From Lama glama (Eukaryota), in assembly GCA_028534125.1 (NCBI GenBank), contig CM052818.1, forward strand, positions 21,082,001 through 21,146,000: a stretch of 64,000 bases of DNA, written 5' to 3'. The notes beneath the pieces were generated by a model. It made no database searches, was not told where the DNA came from, and saw only the letters and a list, made by a program, of their open reading frames with translations. The position numbers were made by a program, and so were the translations under genes. Shown one piece after another: positions 52,401 to 64,000 of this stretch; positions within the stretch are counted from its first letter, which is position 1, and every line of letters begins with the position of its first letter.

Positions 52401-54574
52401 TATTTTTTTAAATAGCTTAAAATTTCAAGAAAATCATCATTTACTTTTTTTGCTTCTCTTTTTTTAATTGTCTCATAAATGAGACTACTTGCATTTTTTT
52501 AATTTTTAAAAAGGAAGGAAAGAGGTAACAGTGGAGCTCCATTGACAGAAAGTTAGGCCTAACTGAAAAGAAAAAAAAAAGCTACATCATTTTTCATCTG
52601 GAAATGCGTTTTGAGCGGTGCCCCTTTGTATTAAGGATGTTCAACCAAATGTGGTTGAGTCTTTTCATCAATGAAACTAGTAATAGGAATCATGTAAGGA
52701 CTATATTCTTTAAAACATGTCCTGTGAATTCCTCTAAGTAGAAGTGATTTAGAAATCCACTTATATTGTAGTCTCCTCTTCAAGCTTTATTGTCATCAAC
52801 ATCTGTTTTTTAAAAGAAAACAGCTTTCATTCTGGGAATACCGCTGAGCTCTGTCAAAGCTACTTACAGGAACCCAAAGTGTCTACAGTCTGGGGGAGTG
52901 GACTGCAGCCCACGTGAACACCAGAGGCCGGGCTGGGGCTGGTGTGGGAACCGGGGTGAAGGGCTGGGCCACGGAGTCCTTATGAAATAAAATCAGAGTA
53001 TTGAATGAGTGGGAAGCCAGGGGCCATAGCAACTCAGTGCTTTTAAGATGTTATTAGTTTACTAGCCAAACAAATGAGCACCCCAGACTCAATAAAATAG
53101 CCCAAGCATCCTCAAAATCCCACCTCCCTGTAATTCTCTTATGCCACCTGTCCTGCTGGGCTTTCCAGTCTTCGGCGACACGTCCTAATGGTCCCCACCT
53201 TTGTTGAGTTGCTCATTGTATTGGATGTTGCCCTCATTTGCTCATCGACAGGTGATGCCTTCTTTAATTATGTCCCCACTGTGGAAAGTTTGAGCTGGAA
53301 GAGACCTTAGAGCCCATCTGCATTGTCTCCATTTTGCAAATAAAGACAGAGGCCTAAAGAGTTGTAGGTAGGATGTCTGAGGTCACCCGTCACGTTAGCA
53401 GCGGAGTCCTGTGCACGTGAACTTCTACTGCTTGTCGTCGTTGTTGCTGTATCCACTGCACCTCTAAGACTTAGAGGAGCAGGCTGACATCTTTCAAGTG
53501 CTGGTGCCACTACTGATTAGCTGGAGGACCTTGGACAAGTTCCTAAAACTCGAGTCTTGGCTCACTCATCCAAAAATTAAAATGAGAAAATTCAACTTTG
53601 CAATTGGATGAAATAACCTGAAAAATGCCTGGAAAGTAGAAAAATGTTCAGCAAATATGAGTTTCCCATCCCTGCCCTCGATCCCTTTACAGATGGACTT
53701 TGTCTTTGGAGAAAGTGGGGGTGGACCCTAAGGTCCCTCCCAGCTCAAATACTCTGTGAAAGACCTTTGTATATAGAAGGCACTGGAAAATGTTTATTGA
53801 TTTTGATGGATGGATTGATTGCTAAGTACTACTTACCACATTGGTTTCCAGGCTTTTTGTTAACTCAGAGACATCAAGCTGCTTCCAGCTTTACCTAAGA
53901 TGTCTTTGGGACTTTTCAGTTGTCTCCACTGTGCAATTGTCCTTTCCTGCCTCCCTGCAGTGTGAGCTGGGAGCCCCAGCTTATCCAGTCTGGGGATAGT
54001 TAAGGGTTTTTCATTTGCCAGAGGAAGACTGTGGGCAGGAGACTAGGACTCCACCACTACATGAAGGATGCCAAAGGCATTTTCAGTTCAAGGCAGATGG
54101 CAGTCAGAGAAGAACTCTCTCTTCTCCATCTCCTCCCTGGCCTTGGCTGGGCAGTCTGTAGCCATGAACCAGGAAGAGGGAGGCTCACAGCCCATCAGGG
54201 CTTCCCTACTCTGGCCTCTGGGCCTATCCTCATCCACCTGTCTCAAAGGCAATGGTAACTCTTAAATATTCACGGTTCCTTTCTCCCAAGGGAGAGGACA
54301 GAAGAGAAAACAGAGAGGAAAAGGGAAAATAGGAAAACAGCAACACAGAGAGGCCCATCAGCCATTTCTGAAATGACCGAGCCTGTGACACAGCACATTA
54401 CACTACCCCACAGTCTGTGCTGAGAGATAGAGGAAATTAAATGAGACAGCATATGGAAGATACCTGTCCAGCATCTGGCATATCATATGGGCTCAATAAA
54501 AGGGCAACTGATGAGTGGATTTAAAGTCCGAAGACTTGAAGCTGGAAGACTGCGGTGAGAAATTTATAAAGCAA

Positions 54575-55520
54575 TGCACACACCTCTGAGAGAAGCTAAG
54601 ATAAAAACAGTGACAACACCAAATGTTGGCAAGGATGCAAATCACTCATATGTGGCTGGTGGGAATAGAAAATGGTACAGCCATTCTGGAAAAGTTTGGC
54701 AATTTCTTATAAAAATAAACATGCAACTATGCTACAAGCCAGTAATTAATTGTACCCTTGGGCAATTATCCCAGAGAAATAGAGACTGAAGTTTACACAA
54801 AACCTATAATGGGACGTTCATAGCAGCTTTATTCCTAATTGCCAACTACTGGAAGCAACCCAGATGTCCTTCCATGAGTGAATGGTTAAACCGATGGTGG
54901 TTAAATCCACACCAGGGGAAGTTACTCAGCAACAAACAAAGAAGAAACTAGCGATAACATGCCACAACCTGGGCTCATCTCAAGGAGATTATGCCGATTT
55001 TAAAAAGTCAGTTCCAAAACGTATCACATACCATATGATACGGTTTCATTTGTATAACATTCTTGAAATGACAAAAGTATAGAGAATTCAAACAAATTGC
55101 CAAAAGTTGCCAGTTTCCAGAGGTTAGGGACTGGGTGAGAGTGGGGCCAAGGCAGTGGGCCAGAGAGGAAGGTAGGTGAGGTTACAAAAGGCCAGAGGGA
55201 GGGATCCCTGCAGTGCTGGAACTGTTCTAGCTGTTCTATCTTGATCTGGTGATGGGTACACGAACCTGCACAGGTAATCATAGTACTAAATACACACACA
55301 CATGCATGTGCACACACACACACACGTGTAAAACTGGTGAACTCTGAATCAGATGAGCGGACTACATCCGTATTAATTTCCTCCTTGTGATACTGTACTA
55401 TAGTTTTGCATCCAGTTAGGGGAGAGGGAGTGACGGGTACATGGGATCCCTCTGTACCATTTCTCACAACTGTGTGTGACTCTGCAGTCACCTCAAAATA
55501 AAATGTTGAATTCAGAAGAC
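54575..55520 (+). mobile_element. L1MC-like 3' end
   Basis: gacaacaccaaatgttggcaaggatg...ggaagcaacccagatgtccttc...gggtacatgggatccctctgtac...ctcaaaataaaa. Confidence 0.85.
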
Positions 55521-55531
55521 AAAAAAAATGA

Positions 55532-55650
55532 GGGGAGGGTATAGCTCAGTGATAGAGCAGGTGCTTAGCATGCAAGAGGTCCTGAGTTCAATCCCCAATA
55601 CCTCCATTATAAATAAATAAATAAATAAATAACCTAATTACTCCCCCAAA
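55532..55650 (+). mobile_element. vic-1-type camelid tRNA-Ala-derived SINE
   Basis: ggggagggtatagctcagtgatagagcaggtgcttagcatgcaagaggtcctgagttcaatcccc with A and B boxes, (TAAA)n, and aacctaattactccccc. Confidence 0.93.
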
Positions 55651-55662
55651 TAGTCTTGATTC

Positions 55663-55663
<1 letters not shown>

Positions 55664-55717
<54 letters not shown>

Positions 55718-55720
55718 AAA
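55664..55720. repeat. (GAAA)n tetranucleotide microsatellite, about 14 units
   Basis: Uninterrupted AGAA run. Confidence 1.
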
Positions 55721-57679
55721 TATTAAAAAAAAGAGAAAACAAAAGAAGTCTTTTCTAAACTGTAAGAATTGTGTATGTGTGTGTATATAATATTATTTCT
55801 ATAGTTAGAGTTCTAGGAGCATATTTATAGTTGCCGAAATGTCAGACTATTTATTACAGTACTGCTTATAATAACACAAGACTGGGAACAACTTAAATAC
55901 TTACGTGTCCATCAACAGAAAACTGGTTAAATAAATTGTAGTGCATTTGTAAAATGAATGCTGTACAACTTTAAAATAAAACAAGTAAGCTCTTTGAACT
56001 AATAAGACAGGTTCCAAGGATATGTTGTTAAGTTAAAAAAAAAGATGCAGGACAGTGTACAGAGAATGATACAATTTGTATTTTTAAAATATGACTTGGA
56101 TATGTATTTAGACACCCCTGGAAGTATACACAACAAACTAGTAACAGTGGTACCTGGCTTGGTTTGGTTTGCTTTTTGCCGTAAAGATGGAGGCGAGACC
56201 AAGATGGGGAGCCCACCTCCACTGTATGTCATTTGTATATTTTTTTGGTTTTTGAACTATTTGACTAAATGACCTATTCAGTATGTTCATTTAATCCGAT
56301 CATTTTACAGATGACAGTTGAGCTACAGATCTCTCTTTTATACTGAGCAAACTTTGCCTCAGGCCTTTGGCAGCGTGCTAGTGAACATGGGCGTTTTAAC
56401 ACCTCTCTCTCTGTCAGCCTGCAGCACACAGGGCTCTCATCTGTGAAGTCTGCAGGTGGGCGCTGGGAGACGGAATGACCTGAGGAGGTTCAGAGCGTCC
56501 TGGAGAAGCAGGCAACTAAGCTGAGAGCTGATAATTCAAAGAAGAGAGGTAAGACCCCAAAAGGAGTGGGGAGGCGGTAGTGCAGAGAGGAAAGGCTGCT
56601 TCCTCAGGGACACAGGGTCAGGGAGTGCCCCCAAGGCCCCCACACTCACCTCCCCAGGACCAACCCCTCACAGGTAGCTGCTTTGCAAAATCAGGCCTCT
56701 AACTTTTTCCAAGCATAACCATTTTGCAGTAAGCAATCTAGAAACACTGTTGACATATATGTCTTCTCTGCCAGCGCCCTTCCTAAAGAAGCATGTGAGT
56801 ATCTTTCACATTCATTTAACACTTATCCTCTGTAACGAGCACCCACCTAATGTCCCTGGACTTTTAGTGGGCATTGTATCGTTGGAGCTGGGGCTCCTTT
56901 GCCACCTACCCGAGGCTCTTCTCTGTCTCTCTGCCTTTGTCACCATCCCCACTGTGCCAGAGGGGTGCAAGGATGGTCCTCTTCATTACTCCGGGGCCTG
57001 TCCAACTCTGGGCCCTTGGGTGACTGGCTACCCCGCTTAGCTGGACTGTACTCCTGTGCACCTCTAAGTCCTGCCCCCAACCCCCAGAAGGAGCCACATC
57101 TGTAGTACAGCATGGTTCCCTGGTTTAGGATAAGATCAGCCAATTTATTCCCCCAGTGGCCATGCTCTTTCCCACTTCCGGACCTTTGCGTGCATGACTT
57201 TCTCTGCCTGGAACACAATTCAGAGCTCATTTATTAGGTACCTACTCTAGGTCATGTACTGACCTACCAGTGAGAGCTAGCACCCAGTGGTGAACAAAGC
57301 AGACCAAAAGCCCTATTCTCATCACCTGTACAGCTGTTTTAGGTGGCACATCTATTCCAGGAAAATGTTCCTGACTTCTCTAGCACTGTTGGTGTCCCTC
57401 CTATGTGATCCCTGAGACCCTGTCCCTCCCAGCAGGGCAGTGGCTTCCCTTTGGGCCCAGGCCTCCAAGGATGGATGGATCTGCTGGGGCAGCCCTCTCC
57501 CATCCAGAATGGACCCCCTCTCCTCGCATATGGGCCCAGATGGCACTTCCTCCCAGGCCCTTCCCTGCCCAGGAGATAAATTAATTTCACAGAATTATTT
57601 GGCAGGTTAAGTGAGATAATTGGTTGCCAACCTCCCAGCCCATGGCCTGGGGCAAAGATGATGAATAAATTTGTTTCAT

Positions 57680-58150
57680 TGTAGTGCAGTGTTTACAAGC
57701 AACGGTTACGGGGTCAGAAGTAGACGGGGTTCAAATCTTAACATATCATTTATAAATTCTGTGACTTGGAGCAAAGTACTTAATTACTCTGTAATTCAGT
57801 TTCCCCATCTATAAAATGGGACCAATGAAAATAACAGCTAAGGTATTTTGAAAATGTAGACTGTGCATTTCTAAGCACTCCCATACCTTACCTCTCCAAC
57901 CGTCGCAAGAATCCCATGACACGGGGACATTTTACAACTAGGTTAACACATTCACCAAAACCACTCAGCTGGCAGCAGTGAGCCAGGTTGCCCATTTGCA
58001 AAGTGCCTTGAACCCTCCATTCACCCCAGGTTTCCTAGTGGATCTACCACATCGAGCTGTTGGAGGAATTAAATGAAATGATATGTGTGACGCCCTTGGC
58101 ACAGTGTTCAGCACGTGGTCAGTGAACCACAAATATTTGTGGTATTTATT
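57680..58150. mobile_element. MIR fragments in opposite orientations
   Basis: gggttcaaatc...cagtttccccatctataaaatgggac...ggaattaaatgaaatgatatgtg...ggcacag, with an antisense MIR piece between. Confidence 0.7.
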
Positions 58151-61100
58151 ACTGTTATTGCTCTTACCGTCAATTTGCTCAATAGCAAAATGGTTCCCTA
58201 GGTGAGTAAAGACTTAAGTGAGGGAGTAAAGCTTTTTGTCTGCTCCAATCAGATCAGCAGAAAAAGCAGACCAGTACCAGGGAACTCCATCGAGGCTGGA
58301 TCTAGGGCAATTAATTTTCCCATAAATGTTTCAGCGGTGGCCAGTGTTGTGTAAGACATAACAGTGGATGCAGCAGACCTTGGTGGATATTTTATTGCTC
58401 AGACGGCATGGGCTCCCGAGCTGTATATCCCAGGCTGACCTCACAGCTAGGTCATCACCGGCAGGCATTTCCTGAACACCTCCTGTGCGCTCAGGTGCTG
58501 GGGGCAGGCAGAGGGAGGAGGGTGGAATAGGAGCTAGTGTGGGACTCATTATCCCACATGAGTGACATGACAGTCCAGCTCTCAGGGGCACTGCAGGACA
58601 AAGCATGAACACAAGATGTTAAATAATGCTGTCCGGCAGGCACGCAGCTCCAAGCTAATCACCAACACCAGGGTATAGACAGTGAGAGCTATGAATGTAA
58701 GGAAAAAACAGATCCCACAGGCAGGAAAGCTGCTTGGAGAAGGAGAACCTTGAGTGAGAAGTGGGATCTGGGTAGGTATTAAGGAATGCAAGTAGGAAGC
58801 TCATTCCAGGAAAGCAAAATGAGATTAGCAAGGAAACAGAGCCAAAGTATAGCATGAGGTATATGTTGAGGGTAGTGTGGCAGAAGGTGGGGTCGGGGGA
58901 GGGTTGTGTAGGGGGAAAGGGGAGGCCAAGGGTGCAGTGTGCAGGGGAAGCCACAGGCTCCCAGCACAACCAGAGGCCACAGGGAGCGGGGAGGGGGATC
59001 CAATTGACCAAACAGTGCTGATCTCCCCATTAAGCTGCCTCCCCAGCTCACAGCAGGTGTCTGGCCCATAGCAGGCACTCGCCAGTGTGTTGTCAAAATG
59101 GAGTTTCAGTCAGATTAGCATGCTGGACTGGCGAGGGGCCAGGGCTGGGGAGTGGGGTACATTTCAGAGTCCACTGTTGGAAGTTACAAGAGCCTATGGG
59201 ATAGGAAGATGGCAGACAGAGTTTATCCTCTTTCTCAGTACTCAACCCCACCCTCCATCACCACCCATGACCCCTCCAAACACGGTGGTGGAGGATGGAA
59301 GGAGGATGTTCACTGTGGCGTCAACTCCCATGTTCTTGGGAGAATGGCCTGTGTCTCTGGATTGCTCTCCTTGGATGCTACCTAGAAAGAGTTTTTGTCT
59401 AATGTTGCCAGCCAGTCTTTGCCATACCCCAAGGTTCACCCAGAAGTAGACAAAGCAGGAAGTCAGGGTCAGACAGAGACTTGAGGTATCCTGGACCACA
59501 TCATTGGCCCCTCTTGAAACTGGTAGCCCTTAAACATTCATTAAACATATGGAGAAAACAGTAAGAGCAGTGGGTGAAGAGCAGAGAAAGACAGCCCAGC
59601 CTCCACCTGGTTCACAAATTAAGTTCCGCTGCCTACACTCATCTCCCCCCATCATCTCCTGGAGACCCTCTAGCAATATCAGTTATTGCTAGAGTACACA
59701 TCTTTTGTGGCTTATCAAACTATTCCTTCTGTTTCCAAAGCTCTCCTTGAAAACATTTTTTTCATTCCACAAATATTCATTTAGCACCGATAGGGGCTGG
59801 AGACACTGCAGTGAATCAAATAGCTGGTGGTCCCTTAAAACATTGCATTGTTTTGACAAACATCCTATATGACAGGCACCTTTCTAAGCACTCTGCAAGA
59901 TTCAGTTATTTTATCCTCATTAACAGCCCTCTGAGGTAGGTGCCGTTATTACCCCACTTTACAGGTGGGGAAACTGAGGAGCAAAGTTTAAAACTTAAGA
60001 ATCAAAGCAGGATTTAGACAGGATAATCTGGCTTCTTAACTGAAATGTTTAACTTCCAAACAACAGAGGTAGATTTCCTCTGCTCCATCCCATTCGTTGC
60101 TCCCTGTGGATTGGTACCTCTTAACCCAGAGCATCTTGAGGGCAGGGCTTGGCGCTCAGTTTTCCTCTAAAGGAGCAGACAAAAGGGACGGAGCTCCCTT
60201 TCCCACCTCCCCAGAGATGCTTGCGCAAAGATGCTGCAGGGCTTCATTTCAAAATCCTGTGGGCTCTCTCCTCTCTGGGGATAACTTTGAACTGGGGGCT
60301 GGCACAAGGCAGCACCTGAAATTCTGGGCACCCACCTCAGACGTGCTTCAGGCCTCACATGACCGGGTGCCCACTCCGCCCTGCGGGCAGGTGGCAGAGT
60401 CTTCTGTGGGGCCCTGAGAGGAGGGACCCTCTCTCTACCTGGTCTCAGGGGGTGGGTTTTCTCCTGCCTTCCCCTCTTCTCAACTCCTTCCAGCTCACCA
60501 CAGGCCTGAGTGAGCTAGTCAGGGCCAGGTTTGTAGGTGCTTCCTCGGGAATCGAACCTCTGCCTCTTCTCAGACAGAGCCTGTCCTCGGGGCTTCACCC
60601 TGAGTGTTTTCATGCTGCAGCTTAAACCCCCAACTGCCTCTCCTCTGCTGCTACCTTGACGCTCACAGGAAGGGCAGCCTGCTCTCCTGTGAGATCCCTT
60701 TACACAGCCTAAACAGTCCCCATGCCACCTCCTCGCAGAGCGCCGTTCCTGGACAGAATACGCCTCTCTGGCTTCCCCAAACTCCACCTTGAGTTTTGTA
60801 TGAAATTTTTTATCCCCTTTTTTTTCTTAATTAAAAAAAGATCCCTCAAGCACATCAAACAAAATAACAGAGATGCTCTAATGTATCAACAAAATATTAA
60901 ACTAATACCGTGTTCTGCTCAAATAACACGTTTTCCCACTTTGGAACAACCTGACAGAGCAGATAGGTGTTTATTAGGAAAATATTAAGACAATATCTCA
61001 CTGTGCTTGTGTGACACGTTTTCCCATTTTTCGTGGTATTTCCCTGTATATTACCTCATTTCATCCTCACAGCAGCCCTCTCAGGTAGCTAGTCCAAATA

Positions 61101-61664
61101 TTATCATGTCCATGTGACAGATAGATAAACTGAGGCCCAGAAAGGCAAGTAGATTTGCCTAGAGTCACACAGCCTGTTTGGGACCCACCTGGTTTCCCCA
61201 CGCCGAGCCTTGCTGTGTTCACCGAGCCAGCACATGGCCCTGTGGCCTCTTCTCAAATTATCTCCCAGGTCAGAGAGACAGAGGAAGGCCTTTGTTGTCC
61301 AAACTCAGGAAGAAGCCAGACCTAAAAGTCAGTGGGGAAATTGGAGCCAGACTTCTTGAAAGCAAAGGGACAGTGGCTGTGCCCGGCCTGGAGACCCTGC
61401 TGGGCCAGCAGGATATGTGGAGAGTCCCTGGCTATAGAAACCCCTGGACAGCTAGAGAATTCAGTGATCTGCTTAGGATTGTTGTGCAGAGAACCTGGGG
61501 CCCCTGTGGACACTGTGTTCCCTTCATTCATTTATTCCACCTAAAAATTATCATGTGCAGTATGGACAAGGTCCTGCTGTAGGAACCTGATTACCATCTT
61601 CCTGTGCCATGTCCTCCAGGTGGGGGGGCCGGGGGTTAAATTGCCCCCCCGCCCCCCACAGCAC

Positions 61665-62166
61665 CTTCTAGATCTGCACTAATACAAACAATAGTCACAG
61701 ATGGCTACGGAGCCCTTGAAATGTGACTAGTGCATTTGAAATCTTAAATATTTATTTCATTTTAATTAATTTTAATTTAAAAACGGATACTGGATTCAGT
61801 CACTGGAAAGCTAAATCAAGTGATTTGGAACAACCTGCTTATGTAGGGCTACTTTTTCAACGGTTTGATGAAATCTAAATACCAACCAGTATTTCAGATG
61901 ATGGACGATCTGGCCCCTGAACTGAAACGTGCTGTAAGTGTAAAAACACACTAGATTTCAAAGATTAGTAGACAAGGAAAGTAAAATAGCTGCTACAACT
62001 TTTTGTATTGATTACATGTGGAAAGGATAATATTTTAGATGTATTGGGTTAAATGAAATATATTAGTAACATTAATTTTACTTGTTTTTATTCTTTTGTG
62101 TGGCTTCTAGAAATTTTAAAATTTCATATTATGTATCTTATATTATATTTCTGTTGGACAGCGGTG
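61665..62166 (-). mobile_element. hAT-Charlie1-like element (opposite orientation to the 22.4-kb copy)
   Basis: cttgaaatgtgactagtgc...tttggaacaacc...gtgctgtaagtgtaaaa...atttctgttggacagcg. Confidence 0.85.
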
Positions 62167-62319
62167 GCCTACACAACCCCCTTCCTCCAAAGCAAATAAA
62201 TAGCGGGGTTGAGGGGCCGTAGATTTTGGAAGGCAGCAAAGGGAAGTCTAGGAGAAAAAAAGATCCTGACAGGCTCCAGGAAGTACATGATGTTGGTCTT
62301 TATTCAATTATAACTGCAG

Positions 62320-62530
62320 CTAGCATATACTAGGTCCAAGTATTATTGCACAAACTCACTCAATCATCACAACAATGCCATAGAGGAAGTACTTTATTAT
62401 CTCCACTTTACAGATGAAGCAGCTGGGGCACAGAGAGGTTAAGTAACTTGTCCAAGGTCATTCCGCTGGTAAGTGGCAAATTCAGTTTTTAACCTAGTCT
62501 GTCTCTAGAGTCTGAGCTCTAAACCCCCGT
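62320..62530 (-). mobile_element. MIR SINE
   Basis: tttacagatgaagcagctggggcacagagaggttaagtaacttgtccaaggtca. Confidence 0.85.
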
Positions 62531-64000
62531 GACTGACTGCTTCTAATTTTAGATTATTGCTATCAATCCAGTCCTCCTGGGTATCAGTGTCAGGTTGAAT
62601 TCCACTCTCCCCTTCGTCTAAATATTCATAGCTTGGCTTCTCTCTTGCCTCATGTCCTCCTGCATGCTCACATTCCTCACCTCAGCACTGACTCCCCCAA
62701 GTTCCACCCACCAGCCCCCACTGCCCCCCAGCCTGGCCCAGGCAGGGTTCTCACGGCATCCAGGGAAGAACTGTCTGAATGGAAACGATGGGACTTTTCT
62801 GAACCCCGGAAAATAAAATGTGATTTTAAAAAATGTACAGCCACGACAAGGAACAGTTTGGTTGGACAGGGTGGTGGGCAAGGGGAGGTCAAACCGTCTT
62901 CACCACTTACAAAGCATGACAGACTCAAGGATTAAGACCCTGTCTGTTTAACAGATGAAGCAGAGGCCAGGACAAGTGTCGGAGACGTACTCTGTGAGCT
63001 CGGTGCTAGGGCGTGGGATGTTCCAGTGGAGAGATTGGGAGTGGGGTCTGTAATTTGGTGAAATGGAGACTGAGGGGACAGAACACATTCAGGCTTATCA
63101 CCAACACAGTCACCTGTCTCTGCTCACCCCAGTATCTGTTTCTGGGCGTCCGGATACCACTCCCTCATCACCAGAGCCTCACGCCCAAGTTTTGCCACCT
63201 GTGTCTTCAGAGAGCACAGCAGGCACACATGATATCCCCCTCCACGGGGGAGTCAGGTAAGGCCAAGGCATTGCTCACCGGCAGGTAGTTTCTGGACACG
63301 TCTAATTGGATGGGCAAGAGGCTGGCTGAGACCCATTGCTACTCAGGTTCCTCTTCCCATGCCAAGGGCAGGGAGAGGCTGCTGGCTGACAGGAGCACCC
63401 CTGCATGGCCGAGTCCCCATAAAGGGGCCAGAGTGGGGGCTGGGCTAGACAGACGTCCTAAGCAGCACTCAGCCAGGTGCGCCCAGCACAGGCCTGCAAC
63501 AGGGAAGGTTTCAATTTGGAGAAACGGCTGCAGAAACTTGGGCCAGCTGAGCCCTGGTTGGTCAGAAGCACAGCTTAGAGCCGATCTAGAGTAGTTACAG
63601 GTTGCTTTCCCAGAAGCATTCCTTGCTGTTTGCTGGGCCACAAAGTCCTGAAGCCTTTGCTCACCTGGGGACAGCAAATAGGGACTGTCAGGGGGACAAC
63701 AGATATGGTGGCCAGATGAACTTCCTAGCTAGTCGGTGGAGCCAGAGACCGAGGAGTAGGGTTGGAAGGAGAAATTCAACTGAACAAACACGGATAGAGC
63801 ACACACGATGTGCCGAGCCCTGTGACTGGGACCAAGAAGTCCCATCACGCAAGTTAGAGCCTGGGACATCCTAATGTAAAAGGCATATTTGGAAAGAAGG
63901 AGAAGGGAGGACCTGTGGCTGAAGAACTGGGATGCCCTTGTGCTGAGATGGCATTTGAGCAGGGTTTCAGGGAACAGACCCAGACATCCCAGGTGGAGGG

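Noticed and set aside
55532..55604. tRNA-Ala gene (also 39380-39455 on the minus strand)
   Set aside because: The tRNA-like head continues into the SINE body and A-rich tail, and the 39.4-kb copy has a TSD. These are SINEs.
1..64000. The many 60-160 aa ORFs in the ORF track as host genes
   Set aside because: They overlap on both strands, often use non-ATG starts, and show no recognisable domains apart from L1/L2 remnants. This is the expected background in mammalian non-coding DNA.
1..64000. CRISPR arrays, operons, defence systems, or intact viral/ERV genes
   Set aside because: This is eukaryotic sequence. I saw no repeat-spacer arrays and no gag/pol/env or transposase ORFs.

Overview
This is non-coding mammalian nuclear DNA, almost certainly camelid (alpaca or camel). 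It carries two tRNA-Ala-derived vic-1-type SINEs, and I saw no ruminant BovB/CHR, pig PRE-1 or primate Alu elements. I recognise no host protein-coding exon. The only protein-like ORFs are decayed LINE-1 ORF2 and LINE-2 fragments. Much of the window is old interspersed repeat (L1, L2, MIR, MaLR/ERVL LTRs, hAT and Tigger DNA transposons), often nested, plus one 500-N gap inside an L1. Between repeats are: a CpG-rich promoter-like segment near 12.5-13 kb with a strong splice donor, candidate non-coding exons downstream of it, and several enhancer-like blocks, some with palindromic CDX/posterior-HOX sites. The most unusual observation seen directly in the sequence is a 22-nt exact copy of a diverged L2 segment inside an unrelated LTR 3.7 kb away, probably a locally templated insertion. 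I found no support for a novel multi-gene system. Repeat subfamily names come from recalled consensus sequences and need RepeatMasker/Dfam confirmation. Repeat boundaries without a TSD are approximate.
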